From the human T2T-CHM13v2.0 reference genome, Homo sapiens: a DNA stretch of 64,000 nt. The notes beneath the pieces are model-generated. The model had not been told where the DNA came from. It searched no databases and was given only the letters and a program-made list of their open reading frames with translations. Each line of letters opens with the position of its first letter. Within the stretch, counting starts at the first letter, position 1. The stretch lies in assembly GCF_009914755.1 (NCBI RefSeq), contig NC_060947.1, one strand, 5' to 3'. This document shows, piece by piece, positions 13,641 through 26,869 of this stretch. The position numbers were made by a program, and so were the translations under genes.

Positions 13641-15482
13641 AACATTTATAAGACTACCTCCTTTGTAAAATTAAGGGATAGAGATGAACATGGGTAAATA
13701 CAGTAATCTGATTTGCTAAAATGCTATAAAAAGTACATTTGGGGCTTACGCTTCTAGAAATTGTTTTCCCAGCCTTGACCTCTCATCTGTGAAATGCTGC
13801 CCAGTGAGCAGATCATAATTATGAAATATAATATTTAGATATTAGGCAGTAGAATCCTTGCTGTATTCATTAAATATATATTAGTTGATATTTATAAATG
13901 TTTTATATATGTATTACAAAATGTTAAAATACATTTCTGCTCTATGAATGAATTTGTTACAACGTTAGGTTCTAGCTTTTATTAACCTCTTACCCTAAGT
14001 GTTAATATTTCCCATCCTATTGGGAGCAATAGGACACATTTCCCACATTAGCTTCTAAGAGGTCACTGATTTGTTTTCAGTTTGTCTGGTCACTGAGAGT
14101 TGGCATAGAGTTACCTTCATAAATGATTCAAGTTAATGGGAAATATTAAAATGAAAGAAATTACAGCAAAAACAGGACTCCATAAGTGAAAAATGATCAT
14201 TGGAATATCACTCCACAGGGGAGTCATCCCACTTAGCTATTCGTTAAAAGTAGCTTCAAGGACATAGGGAAGAGGTGTAGCTGTTTCAGGCCCAATAGGA
14301 ATGCTTTTCGAGGGGATGAAGTTGGGTTTAAAATATGTAAGGGTGGGCTATGGAAAGGCTCATGACAGCATTGCCAATAAAATAATTTTCCGTGGACCAC
14401 AGGTGGCTTAGTGATTTTTGGCTTAAGGAATAAGCAGGTGAGAATTAATTACAATTTCATGTCATACCATTAAAGCATGTTCAACATAATTTGATACCAA
14501 GAACTGCTGTCTAAAATATGCTATATCATTCCCTATGTCTACATCAATTCTATGGGAGAGTACATATATGCATGGATGAGAAATATATTTGTTATTATGC
14601 AGGAAAATAAGTCTACCCCCATTTTTAAAGTACCATCTATCTTCCCCCACTCCCAGGTCCCCTTTTGCTGTTAGTGTCTAAACCTCTCTTTGAAGTAGGA
14701 GAAGTTGTTTCCTAACAACTCTTACTTTAAAAACTTTATATCTTCCTTCTCATTCTCTCACCTCTTTCTTCCTTCCTACACTGCTCACTTAAGTACTCTT
14801 TACCAGTCTGACCACTATCTTTTATCTGTATATTATAGGCAAAATAAAGTCTTGATTTTTTAGAAGGGAAAGTTTACTTGTACTTTTCTACCTCTTGTAT
14901 GTCCAAGACCTAGAAAATTTATAAAGATTGAAAATGCAGTACAACCACCTAAATATTCTATACCAGTGTCTTATTTGCCTGACTGCTGGTCTGCCTTTCT
15001 CATGAGACTAGACAGCTCCCGATAGCGGGATTTAACATTAGTCCTCTGTGTTTTCACTTTCTAGAATCAGAATCAAAACATGTTAAAGCTGGAAGAGCCC
15101 TTGCAAATAACTGAATCTCTACATTCTTAGATGATGAAATTGAGATTCAGAGAAACGAAATTACCTGCTTAAGAAAACAAACAGCCTCCACATCATTTCT
15201 TGGTTTGCTACTACTTGATCTTTGCTTTCCTCCCACGGCTTTGTTTTTTTGAGTTTGGTTCTTTACTGTCGCTCTCACAGTATATGTTTTGGATCTTGGC
15301 TCTTTATCTGGATTTGGACTCTTACACTACCAATGTCAGTTTGTTAACCCCATGACTTATGATGTCATTCAGGTTATGTTCCTGGGCTTCTCATCTGCTT
15401 CAAGCTGGTATAATCTAGATTCTTGTCTGAGCCCTGGGTTTTGTCATCCAACTATTACATACAGATCTTATTTTCTCTGTCT

Positions 15483-15805
<323 letters not shown>

Positions 15806-16367
15806 TAGTTCAGTGACACAGACTTCTAGAAAACAGAGTTTAAAAAATGACTTCTTTCACTTTAAGGCAATTATGTCTAAAGAGGTGAATATGGCTTCAT
15901 CAGCATAGGAAACAAAGGCAGAAATGTTCTCTGTTTGGTGAAAATCAGTGAAGTGTAAAATGGTTTATGTTCAAACCATATAAACACTGCCTCTAAACAT
16001 TTCATATTACCATCCATCCAGGAACCTTAAACATTGACATCTGAGTGAATGTGACATGGCCTCCTCCACATCTAAAATGTCCACTGGGCCTATGGGATGA
16101 CGAAAAGGAATTACTGAAACTCACAAAGATATTGACAATGAAAAAATATTTTAAATGCAGCACTATTTTAATTCTAGGTTAGACAGAAAAAAAAAACAGG
16201 TAGAAAGAGTTTTGCAATATTGCAGAGATAGATGTTACCTGCTGCCTAGTTAGGTGTAAAAAACCAAAACTGCATTGCCAAACATTTTTCATTTTATGAA
16301 CATGTATTGGAAAAGCATCCTCCCTAATCTTATTCACAAACAGAAAATACATTGCTCGCACTTAAAG

Positions 16368-16580
16368 AAAATGAAATCAAACAGGATAAAACATGAGCAG
16401 AGAGGTTTCAGACATGTCCCCCAGGCATACCAGCTCTCAGACTTGTGAGAAGAGCAGTCCTCTAGCTAGACAGAGATTCTTCCCTCAACTGGGCAGATGG
16501 GCTTGGGAAACGCATAAGCAATTAGCTTTTCTGCTGAAGCAGAAAGAAGACTAAGAGGAAAAGAAATGTGTCCCACATCA
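16368..16580 (+). pseudogene. Candidate fossil exon, ENEIKQDK/MSREVSDMSPRHTSSQTCEKSSPLARQRFFPQLGRWAWETHKQLAFLLKQKED*EEKKCVPH
   Basis: Weak acceptor gcacttaaag, donor CA|gtatga. Needs one frameshift and has one stop; phases then fit 11722 and 19685. Confidence 0.25.
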
Positions 16581-16799
16581 GTATGATCCCAAATAAATCT
16601 TATCTTGCCCTGTAATCATAGAAATGCAGTGATATTTTTAGAATTTGGGCTTGAGTTTTAACAAGTGTGGAAGTTATATGGAAGAAAGGAAGAGCACAAC
16701 AATTATATTTACAGAAACTATCTGACTTTGCCTATTAATAAGGCATAAAACTCAGTTTTCCATAATTTGTTTTTATTTTGAAAACTGAAATAAAATAAA

Positions 16800-17900
16800 A
16801 ATATTGAAATAGATTAGAAAAGATAAAGTGAAAAGGCAAGACACAGACTGAGACAAGATATTTTCAATGTATATAACTAAGGATCAATATCTGTAATATA
16901 TAAAGAATTCCTATGAGTCGATTAGAAAAATAAAAACTGCTCCAAAGAAAATCAAGAAAAGGACAAAGTGATGCAATTAAAAGAGGAAGAGACTCCAATG
17001 TCCAATACTGAAAAGATACTCAATCCCACCTGTTACGCAAGGCAGTACAAATTAAAACCACCACACCCATTAGACTGAAAGAAAATAATAACTCTGTTAA
17101 CACCAAGTGACGTGTTGGTGATGATATGGGAAAAAAGTGTTCTCTCTCTGTCTCTCCCTCTCTCTCTATATATACACATACACATAAACACACATATATA
17201 CACACATATACATATATGTATATGCATATATACACACACATATATATGGATATACGGAAATGAATACAATTACTTTGGAAGGCCATCTGGAATATCTAAT
17301 GTATTTGAAGATAAAAACCGAATTCCACTTCCAGGTATCTATCCCAAAGAAACTCCCATTTGTGTTTATCAGGAAATAGGCATAAGGAAGTTCATTGAAG
17401 CCCTGTTTGTGTGGTTAAAAAAAAGATAATTTGAATGTCTCTCAGCAGAGGAAATAGATAATCTGCGGTTTATTCATACAATGGAATATTACACAGGAAC
17501 AAATTATCTAGATCTGCCTTTATCGACCTGAAAAAAATCTCAAAAACAAAGCTGTTTGAAAAAATCTATTTGTAAAACATGTAAAATATTTATGCAAATT
17601 TTAGGAGTAAAAAGAGTTTTAGTAATTTATAGTTATGGGTACTTACATATATAGTAACATTATACTATACATGCAAGGAATGATACAAACTATATCGACT
17701 TTAGGAGAGCAGTTAACTCTGGGAAGGAAAGAAGGAAGTGAAGTTTTACCTAGGTCTTTTAAATTTTCTACCTTTGAAAAGAAAGAGTGCTATGAAGCAA
17801 ATGTGGCCAAATGTTAATATGAGTTTAATATTGGTTGTGTGCACATAAATGCCATATTTTCTGCACTGTTCTTGTATGTTTAAAATGTTTCATACAGAAA
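16800..17900 (+). mobile_element. Old L1M (L1ME/MC-like) ORF2 3' end and 3'UTR fragment
   Basis: aagtgaaaaggcaagacacagactgagacaagatatt...aattccacttccaggtatctatcccaaagaaac...tattcatacaatggaatattacacag. Confidence 0.75.
17141..17250. repeat. Compound (TC)n/(TA)n/(CA)n microsatellite
   Basis: tctctctctgtctctccctctctctctatatatacacatacacataaacacacatatata... Confidence 0.9.
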
Positions 17901-18319
17901 AAGTGTATGTGTGCGTGTGTGTGTTTAGAAAAGACTAGGGAAAGAAAATGGAATACTCAGTGTACAAAAGGGTGATGAAAAGTCCCTGATTAAACAGAAG
18001 TGTCATCATTAGCTCTGTTCTTCTGATGAAAATGTTTATTAGCTAGTCATAAAAGTTACTATATTAAGATGAGGGAAATTAACGAAGCATTATCTTTACA
18101 GTATTTTTTTCTAAGTGAAGTACATCAATGGTCATTTAGGCATGAACCAAAAAAAAGTTATTTTAAATCGTCTGGTCCCTGTCCTTCAGATGCAATCAGC
18201 TTCAGTTCATTTTGTTAAGTGATTGGACCTTATCTCTTTGGTACATCACAAATGAAGGAGATCCTGCTGCTTTTAGTTTTGCTTATAGTAAATCCTTGAT
18301 GGCTTCACAGCTGAGTGAC

Positions 18320-18468
18320 AGGAGTGGATAGGGCACAGGATTGGATCCTTGAGAATTCAACCTCCGGCAATGACTTCTTATAAGTTGGACATGTGGCTTG
18401 ACTTCTCTGGACCTCTGTTCTTTCGTCTTTCAAATGACGATAATAATATTGACCACCAAATATTATTT
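18320..18468 (+). mobile_element. MIR SINE
   Basis: ttggacatgtggcttgacttctctggacctctgttctttcgtctttcaaatgacgataataata resembles the MIR core. Confidence 0.65.
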
Positions 18469-19130
18469 GCACGTATTTTAAGCAGGATCTGATTAACCTA
18501 ACACTACTTTTAAAATATACTTCTTTTCTTAGATGCCCACCATTAGATAAATTCAAGGTGCTACACAATAAGCTTATAATAATGATGTCATTGGAACTTA
18601 TAACATGAGATTCTCTTATGGGCAAAAACCACTTATATAAGTTCTTTTGATACACCCATCAACTAAAGTCTCTTGGGAGAGGCTCAAGACTGATCTGCTT
18701 CATAATGAAAATTCTGAAAGCATAATATAATTTTAAAGTATTGATTATATTTTAAGATTGATCATCACCTAGCTTGGAGCATTAGCTATTCAATTTGCAA
18801 TGAGACTTAGTAATAAACATGGCAGAAACATTGGGAAAAATTCAATCATTTATTTCACTTTGAGAATGACTGCTCAGGTATCTGAGTACAAATTATGGGT
18901 ACATATTGTGTTAGATGGTTAATTTTAGAAACAGCTCAAGACTAACCCCTTGAGAGCACATTTACAGATAAATGCACAAAAAAATAAAGAGAGGAGGCTG
19001 CTTATGCATAGTTTAGAAGCTACATGAATCTGCAAATGTACATAGCACAACATCTCTGAAATGCCTTATGTTCCAAAAAGCTGCTGATCTGTTTTCGTTA
19101 GGTTAATCAGATCCTGCTTAAAATATGTGC
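18469..19130. repeat. 34-bp inverted repeat (33/34 identical) with a 594-bp spacer
   Basis: 18469-18502 gcacgtattttaagcaggatctgattaacctaac versus 19097-19130 gttaggttaatcagatcctgcttaaaatatgtgc. Confidence 0.95.
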
Positions 19131-19684
19131 TAATCAGTACTCAACTGCCTAGTTGGCCACCTTAGGTGAAGCTCTAGGTGCTCATTACTAATGAAAGTTT
19201 GCCAAAGAAAAGCTTAAAAATACCCACATATATAAATATATCATTTTATAATATACATTATAATTTTACTTAGACATTAATATGTTACAGCAAAGTTAAT
19301 ATGCCATTTTACTTTTACATTTCAGTTCAATTTCTCTAGCAGAACAGGAATGAAGTTAGAACATGATTTGCTGTGCTTATTTCAAGGTGATTTACACTTT
19401 TCTGTTGATCAAAATAGGCACATAGTTGCCATGGAAAAGATATTTCTATGCCTAAAATTACCTTCAGAAAGTTTGTACTTGAGGGCTCAGAAGAGTAAAA
19501 CCTTGTCATGTAACTCGATACTTTTTACTAAAACAACAGGCAACAAAAATAGTCAGAAAACAGTACTCTCTAAACATTACCTTCAGTTGGGTGGAAAAAG
19601 TGTTTTCTCCCCCATGCCTTTCTCCTTCAGTGGAAAACACACACACTTAGATAAACACATCATCTTTTGTCCTTTTGGTTAAAG

Positions 19685-19910
19685 AAAGGCAAAACAGGGA
19701 GCAAATGGATCAGCAATAGAATTTAAACTAAACCTAAACCCAGCTACAATACTTAGGGAGCTTGGATTCTGTAAATGAAAGCAAGGACTCCTGCAAAGGC
19801 AAAAAGATTTCCTCGGCATGCAACATGTGTTCCCTGTTATTAGGAAAAAGTGGACAAAACAAGGCGCAGAGGAGTACCAATCATGCACAATTGCTTCTGT
19901 ACTATTCCTG
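19685..19910 (+). pseudogene. Candidate fossil exon (phase 2-0), KAKQGANGSAIEFKLNLNPATILRELGFCK*KQGLLQRQKDFLGMQHVFPVIRKKWTKQGAEEYQSCTIASVLFL
   Basis: Acceptor cttttgtccttttggttaaag, donor CTG|gtaacc. 75 codons with a single TGA at 19776-19778. Confidence 0.4.
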
Positions 19911-20850
19911 GTAACCTGGGGTTTCTCAAAAGCTCTGCATGCACAGCTTAGTTTGTGACCCATCTTGGCTAGCAGGTGAGTGTTGTGGCTGCCTCTTTCT
20001 GTGAATGATTAAAAAAAAAAAAAAAAAAGGAATGGACTTGGAGATAATTTGATAGACATGGAATCAGCATACCACCTACTGGTCCTTTTACCTGTGGTCA
20101 ATGTTCACTATGTCTTTATCACCTCAGATGCTCTCAAACCACTGTCCACTTACTAAACAGGAAGGCATGTGATGCCAGCATCATCTTAACAGAAATAGAG
20201 GCCCCTCCTGGGGATTATACGAATTCTGGAAGATCTCTAAACGAAGACTACAGGACACATTAAGAACATGTTGAGTAACTTTGTCTCTCATGCATAATCA
20301 CCGTAGGTTGGCTTTTTTTGTGGTTTTTCAATAGCAAGTTATGTTTGTAATTGAATGGTTGGCCTCTAGAAAGTCGAATTGATTCCCTAGAAATATTCCA
20401 AAGTTTGCAGCATTTAATCTCATACTTATAGTGTTACCAGGACTGGGTATAGGCAAAATCATGACAAGTCTTTCCCTTCATTTTCCCTTAGTTTTCTATG
20501 TCTCTTCTGGTATTTCTTCCTCATCACCCCTTGGGATTTCTGTGCTCTCAGTCTACTGCCTAGAACTCCATATTACCATGGCCCAATACCTAGTGTACCT
20601 TCTGATACAAAGTATATGCTCAATAAATATTTCTGAAATGAGTAAATGAACAAATGAAAAACCCCTGAAGACTGACAGAATTCCTCAGGGCTCTGCTAAA
20701 TGACAGGAGAAATCAGATGAATTCCTGTGCTTGAAACAATCAAAGTCAATATGCGCATGTCACCCACCTTTACTCACAAGCAGCAGGTTCCTTTGCTGAT
20801 GCTCTATTTATGAAAAGGAAACCAAGCTGGAAGTTGAATGACAATTCCAC

Positions 20851-21224
20851 TGGGCCTTAGCTTAGGATGCCACAAGAAAACACCACAGACTGGGTGGCTT
20901 AAATAACAGACATTTACTTTCTCACCGTTTTTGAGGCTGGAAGTCTGACATCAGGGTACCAACATGATCAAGTTTTTTGTGTGGGGTCTCTTCTGGCATG
21001 CAGATAGCCACCTTTTTACTGCGTATTCACAGGGTGGAGAGGGAGGGAGCAAGCTCTCTGGTGTCCCTTTTTATAGGGATACGAATTCCATCATGAGGGC
21101 CATACCATCATGACCTCATCTAAACCTAATGACTTCCCAAACACCCCATCTCCAAATACCATCACATGAAGGGTTAGGACTTCAACATATGAGTTTTGGG
21201 AGGGACATAATTTAGTCCATAGCA
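20851..21224 (-). mobile_element. MaLR solo LTR, MLT1A-like
   Basis: accacagactgggtggcttaaataacagacattt...ggctggaagtctg...atgacctcatctaaacctaat...tccaaataccatcaca...tagtccatagca. Confidence 0.9.
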
Positions 21225-21414
21225 TACTGGTTTCATTTTTAAGCTAATTACCAAGGATTTCTAGCCCAAAGGTCAGAGTACAAGGGGACTATATTCCTCT
21301 GCATTGAACTGTACAGAAGTCCTTGACATTATACCGTTAGTCATTCCATTCATGGTCCCTTAGATCAAATGATGCGATTTCCTACATCATCCTACCTCTT
21401 CTCTCAAATCTCAG

Positions 21415-21543
21415 GTCCTTTCATCAAGCATGAACAAACCCGCAGTGATGAACGCCTTAAATGTACTTTCTGCTGTCATTCAGAGTATCATTTTTGCCTT
21501 GTCCGAGCTTGAATGCAAGCTGTAAAAAGCGATCATGTACTGG
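21415..21543 (+). pseudogene. Candidate fossil exon (phase 0-0), VLSSSMNKPAVMNALNVLSAVIQSIIFALSELECKL*KAIMYW
   Basis: Acceptor cctcttctctcaaatctcag, donor TGG|gtattt. 43 codons with one TAA at 21523-21525; helical pattern; several retained CpGs. Confidence 0.45.
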
Positions 21544-23249
21544 GTATTTTTATTGGCACATCACCCATGTTTGAATTAGATAATCAACAGTGCACCTGTA
21601 ATAAAAAATTAAACTTGTTCTCTTTAAGCACTGTTTCTTTCAAAATGAGATCCTGTCATTCAAGATGCATTATTTTCCACTTTTTCAAACCCATGTCAAC
21701 TTCATTAACCTCCTGAGCAGCTTTGCCAAGCATTCTGCTCATCTAGAGCCACTTGTTGTTACTGCTATTTGCAATAGCTTCAGTACTTGAGAGTTTACAG
21801 AATGTGCTGCTTGCCACTCTATTCAGAGCCTAGAAGTATATTAACTACAGCTGATTCCCGTTGCCTCCCCCCCTCCCTACTCCTTTCACCAGATCACTCA
21901 TTTAAGAGATCTGTTCCTCACCTCAGGAATCCTCCTTAGTGGTTCTTTAGCCAGTTTGAACAATGCATGGAGTTGTTCATTTATGAGTAGAATTAATACA
22001 TTTATTCTTCACGTATTTCATAAAATACTGCAACAGTCCATTGGGAGGAAATGCAGAGTTTTAGCACCTTTTCTTTCCCAGGAAAATTGCTGTTGTTTTA
22101 AAGGAGGGGTCCAAACTTGTTTGTGTTCTTCTTCATAACCCCACAGAATTCCTGATGCAGATTTCAGCTGGGCTTCACTACCTCTTAAAGAGTATCATTT
22201 GGTGCTTGTAGTTCCATTAACTGAGGGGCCTACTTTCTTTAGTGTTTTCTTCATTTTGTGTAGTTTAACTGCGTTGAGGTTTTATATTTTATGTTCCTTT
22301 CCTCCTTCTATGCCGTAGGAATGCAAGGAACAGATGCATTCAATGATTCATTATCATTAACAGCCAGGGTGAAATCAAGAACTTCATCTACTTCTCGGCT
22401 TCCTTGTTTTGTTCACAGGGGAGCCACATTATGCATGAGTGGCTCCTCTCACCCTCCTCTCTAGATGCACACTTTATGTAAGAGACTCATCTTTTTCTAC
22501 TTCAGTGCTGTGTGGAATCGTTAGTTAGATACAGGCAAAGCCACTCCTTTAGTGCTTTCTCTAGAGTTGATGGCACTAGATCTTTTTTAGCCAAGTAGAA
22601 AGCAATTTTCAAGGGCATAAAAATAAGTGTTTTCCTATTTATAGCACACAAACTATTGTTACCTTGTATTCCAGTTTATCATTTCCAATGTATTTAATTA
22701 ATCAATTCCAGAATCTATTGCCAGGCAAATAGACACATAATAGACCCAAGTCATTCTCAAGTTCTTATAAATGCATGGGCTACAGTCTAGAGAGCTACAT
22801 TTGATCCCTAAGAGGAAGTTCCCCTTCCGTAACACTGCCTTTGGTGCTCCCAGCAGTAGTCTCTTGGTCTTGATGGACTGTGTGGTTGACGGGGGTGGTA
22901 ATCATGGTGGAGGGGAAGGGGTGATCATATTTTTGTGCTATGTTTTGAGTGCTTCCAGTAGAAGATTATGTACATTGATAGCTAATGATAGGTAAGGCTT
23001 TTAACCACAGGCCCTTCCACAGAACTAATATTTCATGTTGAGAAATAATATGTCACTGATTGTGGAAACTCGGCAAACATGAATAAAAGTTGCACTGAAG
23101 GTAAAATATGCTATTCACCTGGTTCCCTGAAAAAGACTGTCAACTGGTGTTGTATTTTTAGGGACGTACCTTCAGTTAAGTTGATGCAGATGGTATTTAT
23201 TTTAATATATTTACATTTCATTCTGTCTCCCTGTCACTCCTGACCCCCT

Positions 23250-23438
23250 ACTGTTTCTCAAAATGAGGTCCATGGACCACCTACATCAGAATCACTTGTG
23301 AAGCTTGTTAAAACTACAGATTCATAGACCTATCACAGGCCATGTAATATACAATTTCTGGGGCTGTGGCCTAGAGATTTGTATGTATAAGAAGCACCCC
23401 AGGTGACTAGTAGGGCCATTATTACTGGAGAATCACTG
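23250..23438. mobile_element. MER5A (hAT-Charlie non-autonomous element)
   Basis: tttctcaaaatgaggtccatggaccacctacatcagaatcacttg...cttgttaaaactacagattc...gagaatcactg. Confidence 0.85.
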
Positions 23439-23659
23439 CATCCTTGGAGGAGATGGGGTAAAAACAAAAGAAACACATTTAATTATTCTAAAATTTAAAA
23501 ATTACATATTCTCTAATTTTCAAAACACTTAGATTAATTTTGGACTTGAGGTTCTAAAAAAGTAATGCTATGCCAAATAAATAAAAGGTAATTCCCTTTC
23601 AGTCTTTCACACTTTTAACTAAGACACATATCCAGCACAGTGCCAGCATTTTTTCTAGA

Positions 23660-23825
23660 CTGCTGCTTCTCAAATTTTAATGTGCACACAAATCACCTGG
23701 GACTCTTGTTAAAATCCCGACTTTGATTCAGTAAGTCTTCAGTGGGCCCTAGATTTTGTATTTCTAACAAGGTCTCAGATGATACAGATGCTGCTAGTCT
23801 GTGGACCATCCTTTGAGTAACAAGA
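23660..23825. mobile_element. MER5A-like, opposite orientation to 23250-23438
   Basis: cttctcaaattttaatgtgcacacaaatcacctggg...cttgttaaaatc...gatgctgctagtctgtggaccatcctttgagtaacaag. Confidence 0.85.
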
Positions 23826-24559
23826 TCATGTAGCATGTAAGGGGACTCTTTGGGCTTTTAGGTTGTGTAAATTTGCAGAAACTCTGCAATATGTAATGTG
23901 TAGTAACATTATTTTCTGCAAACAAAAAGCTGCATTAAGGTCCTGTATTCCGAGCATCAGATAAGTCCCTTGGTTTTGTCTTTCTCTAACACAAGTAACC
24001 TAGAGAGACGTACATTGCCTTGAATGCCCTGAGTGATTAAGGATTACAAAATATATATAGGACCTTAGAGCAAAGCAAGGAAAATACACCAGGACTTACC
24101 TCCCTCCCACTTTTTAAGATAAGGTAGGGAAATTACAGGGTGTGATGGGGCATGTACGGAAGCGGGTAGGGTAGATATCCTAGAGAAAAGTCTGGCAGGC
24201 TGGGAGGGTTATGGGTGAGTGGATAGGGTGGGGGTCAGGGAGAAGAGAGGAGAGTACAATGTTCCAGGCACCAGGAACAGGTTATACAAAGGCTTAGAAG
24301 TAATAAAAGCTTTGCGTGAATATGCACCTGGCCAAATTGTAGCCTTCATAGAGAATATATTTAATTTATTCAGATCCAGAGGGGAGGCTACTATGGAATT
24401 TCAGGCTTCGTGGCAGTAGTACAAATATTTCTTCTTAGGGGGAGTGGGGTAGTTGGAAGGAGGTTAGGAAGAGATATGCCCCACATCATGCTAGGTATAA
24501 GCCTTGCCCATGATACAACGCAGGGAAAAAAGTAACCTTTAGTACTTTTGTCCTGCTAG

Positions 24560-24802
24560 GAAATTGCTGACCTGCTTTTCTTTGATTGGGAAGAAAAACG
24601 ACATCGGTGGGTGTCAAGCAGCAGGTGGTGACCACTGTTTCTTTAAAGACAACATATGAAACACTGAAAATTTATTTCCCAATAAACTTGACTTTCTGAG
24701 CTGAACCGCAAAAAAACTGCCATATAATAAAAGGATAAGGAACAAGGATATTTCCAATTGCCATTAAATATAATCCAAGTGAAGTGATTCACCGTGGCTC
24801 AG
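24560..24802 (+). pseudogene. Candidate fossil exon starting EIADLLFFDWEEKRHRW (3' part frameshifted, with stops)
   Basis: Acceptor tacttttgtcctgctag in phase 0, as required after 21543. Donor uncertain (24624 or 24802). Confidence 0.35.
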
Positions 24803-25464
24803 GTGCAGGTTCCCCATCAATACAATTTATAAGGGTTCAGCTTCCAAAACTACACTTCCATTTGACAGTAATTTCCTTTTTTATTTTGTTTTGTTTTAAG
24901 TTGACTACAATTTTCAATCACAGTTATCAGTTCATCACCTGGATGAAGGTGACCCAGCAGTCCTTCTTTATCTAATTCCTGAGATGTCCTTAGATTATCT
25001 TTCACAAGCAAAATTAACAATGATAACAGGAAAAATAAATTAATTCAAAGATGAAGCTTTATCAAATGCCATCTTCTGAGGGCTGCATTTTTTTTCATTA
25101 AACATGATTCAAATAATCTTTTGAAAAAAGAGATCTGGTTATCCAGAATTATCTTCTTCCCCACTGCATGACTAATTCCACAATCTTAATAAGTTTTTAA
25201 TGATGAGTTTTATAAATAAAGCTGCCATCAGTTTGCCAGCCAAGTGTATTCTTTCAATATTTTTGAGATACATGTGTATTTTTAAGAGGAATTAAAATTT
25301 TCATCAAATTAATTAAAAGGAACGATATAACATTAGCACGGTAAACACTGAAATAAGTATTTTACAGCTAAGTAATGCTAATGCTAGGAATGATATCTCT
25401 TAAATTTACATTTCTTTATGTGTGGAAATGTCAGTGAGAGTTTTAAGAGAAAAGAGTTCTCAAT

Positions 25465-25680
25465 ACAAATAAATTTGGAGAACTTTGTGTTGAACATATC
25501 TGTACAGGTTTCTTTATTAAAGGACTTCTCAGAGCCTTTAAATATGCTAGTATGTACTCTCAGTCACCAAGAGTGGGCTGTGGTAATCAGCACTTCCTGA
25601 ATATATGGGCTATTTTGCTTTGGAGTCTAGTACAAAACTAGGGCTTCACTATAACATATTTTGGGAAATTATAACATATT
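25465..25680. mobile_element. hAT-Charlie MER5B/C-like fragment
   Basis: ggtttctttattaaaggacttctcagagcctttaaatatgctagtatg. Confidence 0.55.
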
Positions 25681-26116
25681 TGAAATAATAATTTACTTCT
25701 AAACGTAAGAAATAATATAAATCTTGTTTAATCATTCCCTTTAAAAATTGCTTGTGTACAAAATACCTTCGAATCTTTCAAAACACTACTGATGTTCTAT
25801 AATCAGCAACTTTCAGCAGTGGCAGTGTAGTGTGTCTGTAACTTCTGTATTGGACATGCAATTCAGGGTGATTAAACCAATTGGTCTAAGCCAAGATTAC
25901 CACTTTACATGATCGATCCATAAATTGTAGACATAATTAATTGAATGTGTGTGTGTGTGTGCAAAACAGAAAGCATGGAGTAAGGTCTATCTTCTTGTTG
26001 TCTTCCTCTCATGTATTCTCATTCAAAAGAGAATAAATAAATGGGAGTACTCAGAATATATCTGTCAGAAATTGGATAAAACTGAGTATTTCTGCAGCAT
26101 TTGTAATTACTTTCAG

Positions 26117-26299
26117 AAGACTGGACAAGAAATGCAAGTCTCCACAAATCACAATGGTTAGGATTGAGCCTTAAGATTCTGAGTAGGCTTTGTAATCAGC
26201 AAATTGAAGAATCTCCATGCAGCTCCAGCAGTGGCATTCTACAAAATATCCTTTGGCATTATTATATATTATCAAGACAATTGTATTTCTTTGGCAGGG
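26117..26299 (+). pseudogene. Candidate exon (phase 1-1, no stop), EDWTRNASLHKSQWLGLSLKILSRLCNQQIEESPCSSSSGILQNILWHYYILSRQLYFFGR
   Basis: Acceptor tgtaattactttcag, donor G|gtatga, 183 nt open. Same frame as ORF 26164..26346; an alternative donor exists at 26345. Confidence 0.45.
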
Positions 26300-26869
26300 G
26301 TATGAATGGTGACTTATTTTATGACAGCTATCAGCGGGCTTTTTAGTAATCTGATAGATAACCTAGTTTACAGACCTATTTTACTTGTTTTAAGGGGTCT
26401 CTAATCATGTAATCACAGGTGCTTTGGAAATGGCTTTGAAGAAGGACTCTTAGAGCTGTTGAGTTAATAACACGCATTATCAACATTCCCTGCTATATTT
26501 TTATACTTCTAAAATGTTCACTCTCTAAATGAGCTATTCTCATTCTCTCTTTCTTCCTCCCTCCCCACACATGCAGGTATGTGTGCATAATGTGGGCTAA
26601 ATCTGAATGACTACTCTAATTTATACATCTCTTGATATCATACAGCCTTGGAAGTAGTTTCCAAATTTTTTAGTGTATCTAAATTTTCTGTGGTCAGCCA
26701 AATGGATACTGCCCCTGTCAATAGTTTCCAGGGATCTTTCACTCCTACTCATCCCCATCTGCAACGACCTCTATTGCACCTCCTATCACGTTCCTAAGAG
26801 TAACACATTGCTGATTTTGGAAAAGACCTTAATGTGGACAAAAATGAGACTCTTGAATAAACACTGTTG

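Noticed and set aside
17020-17429. ORFs rich in Y/I/C/V/H
   Set aside because: Translations of a dinucleotide microsatellite inside an L1 fragment.
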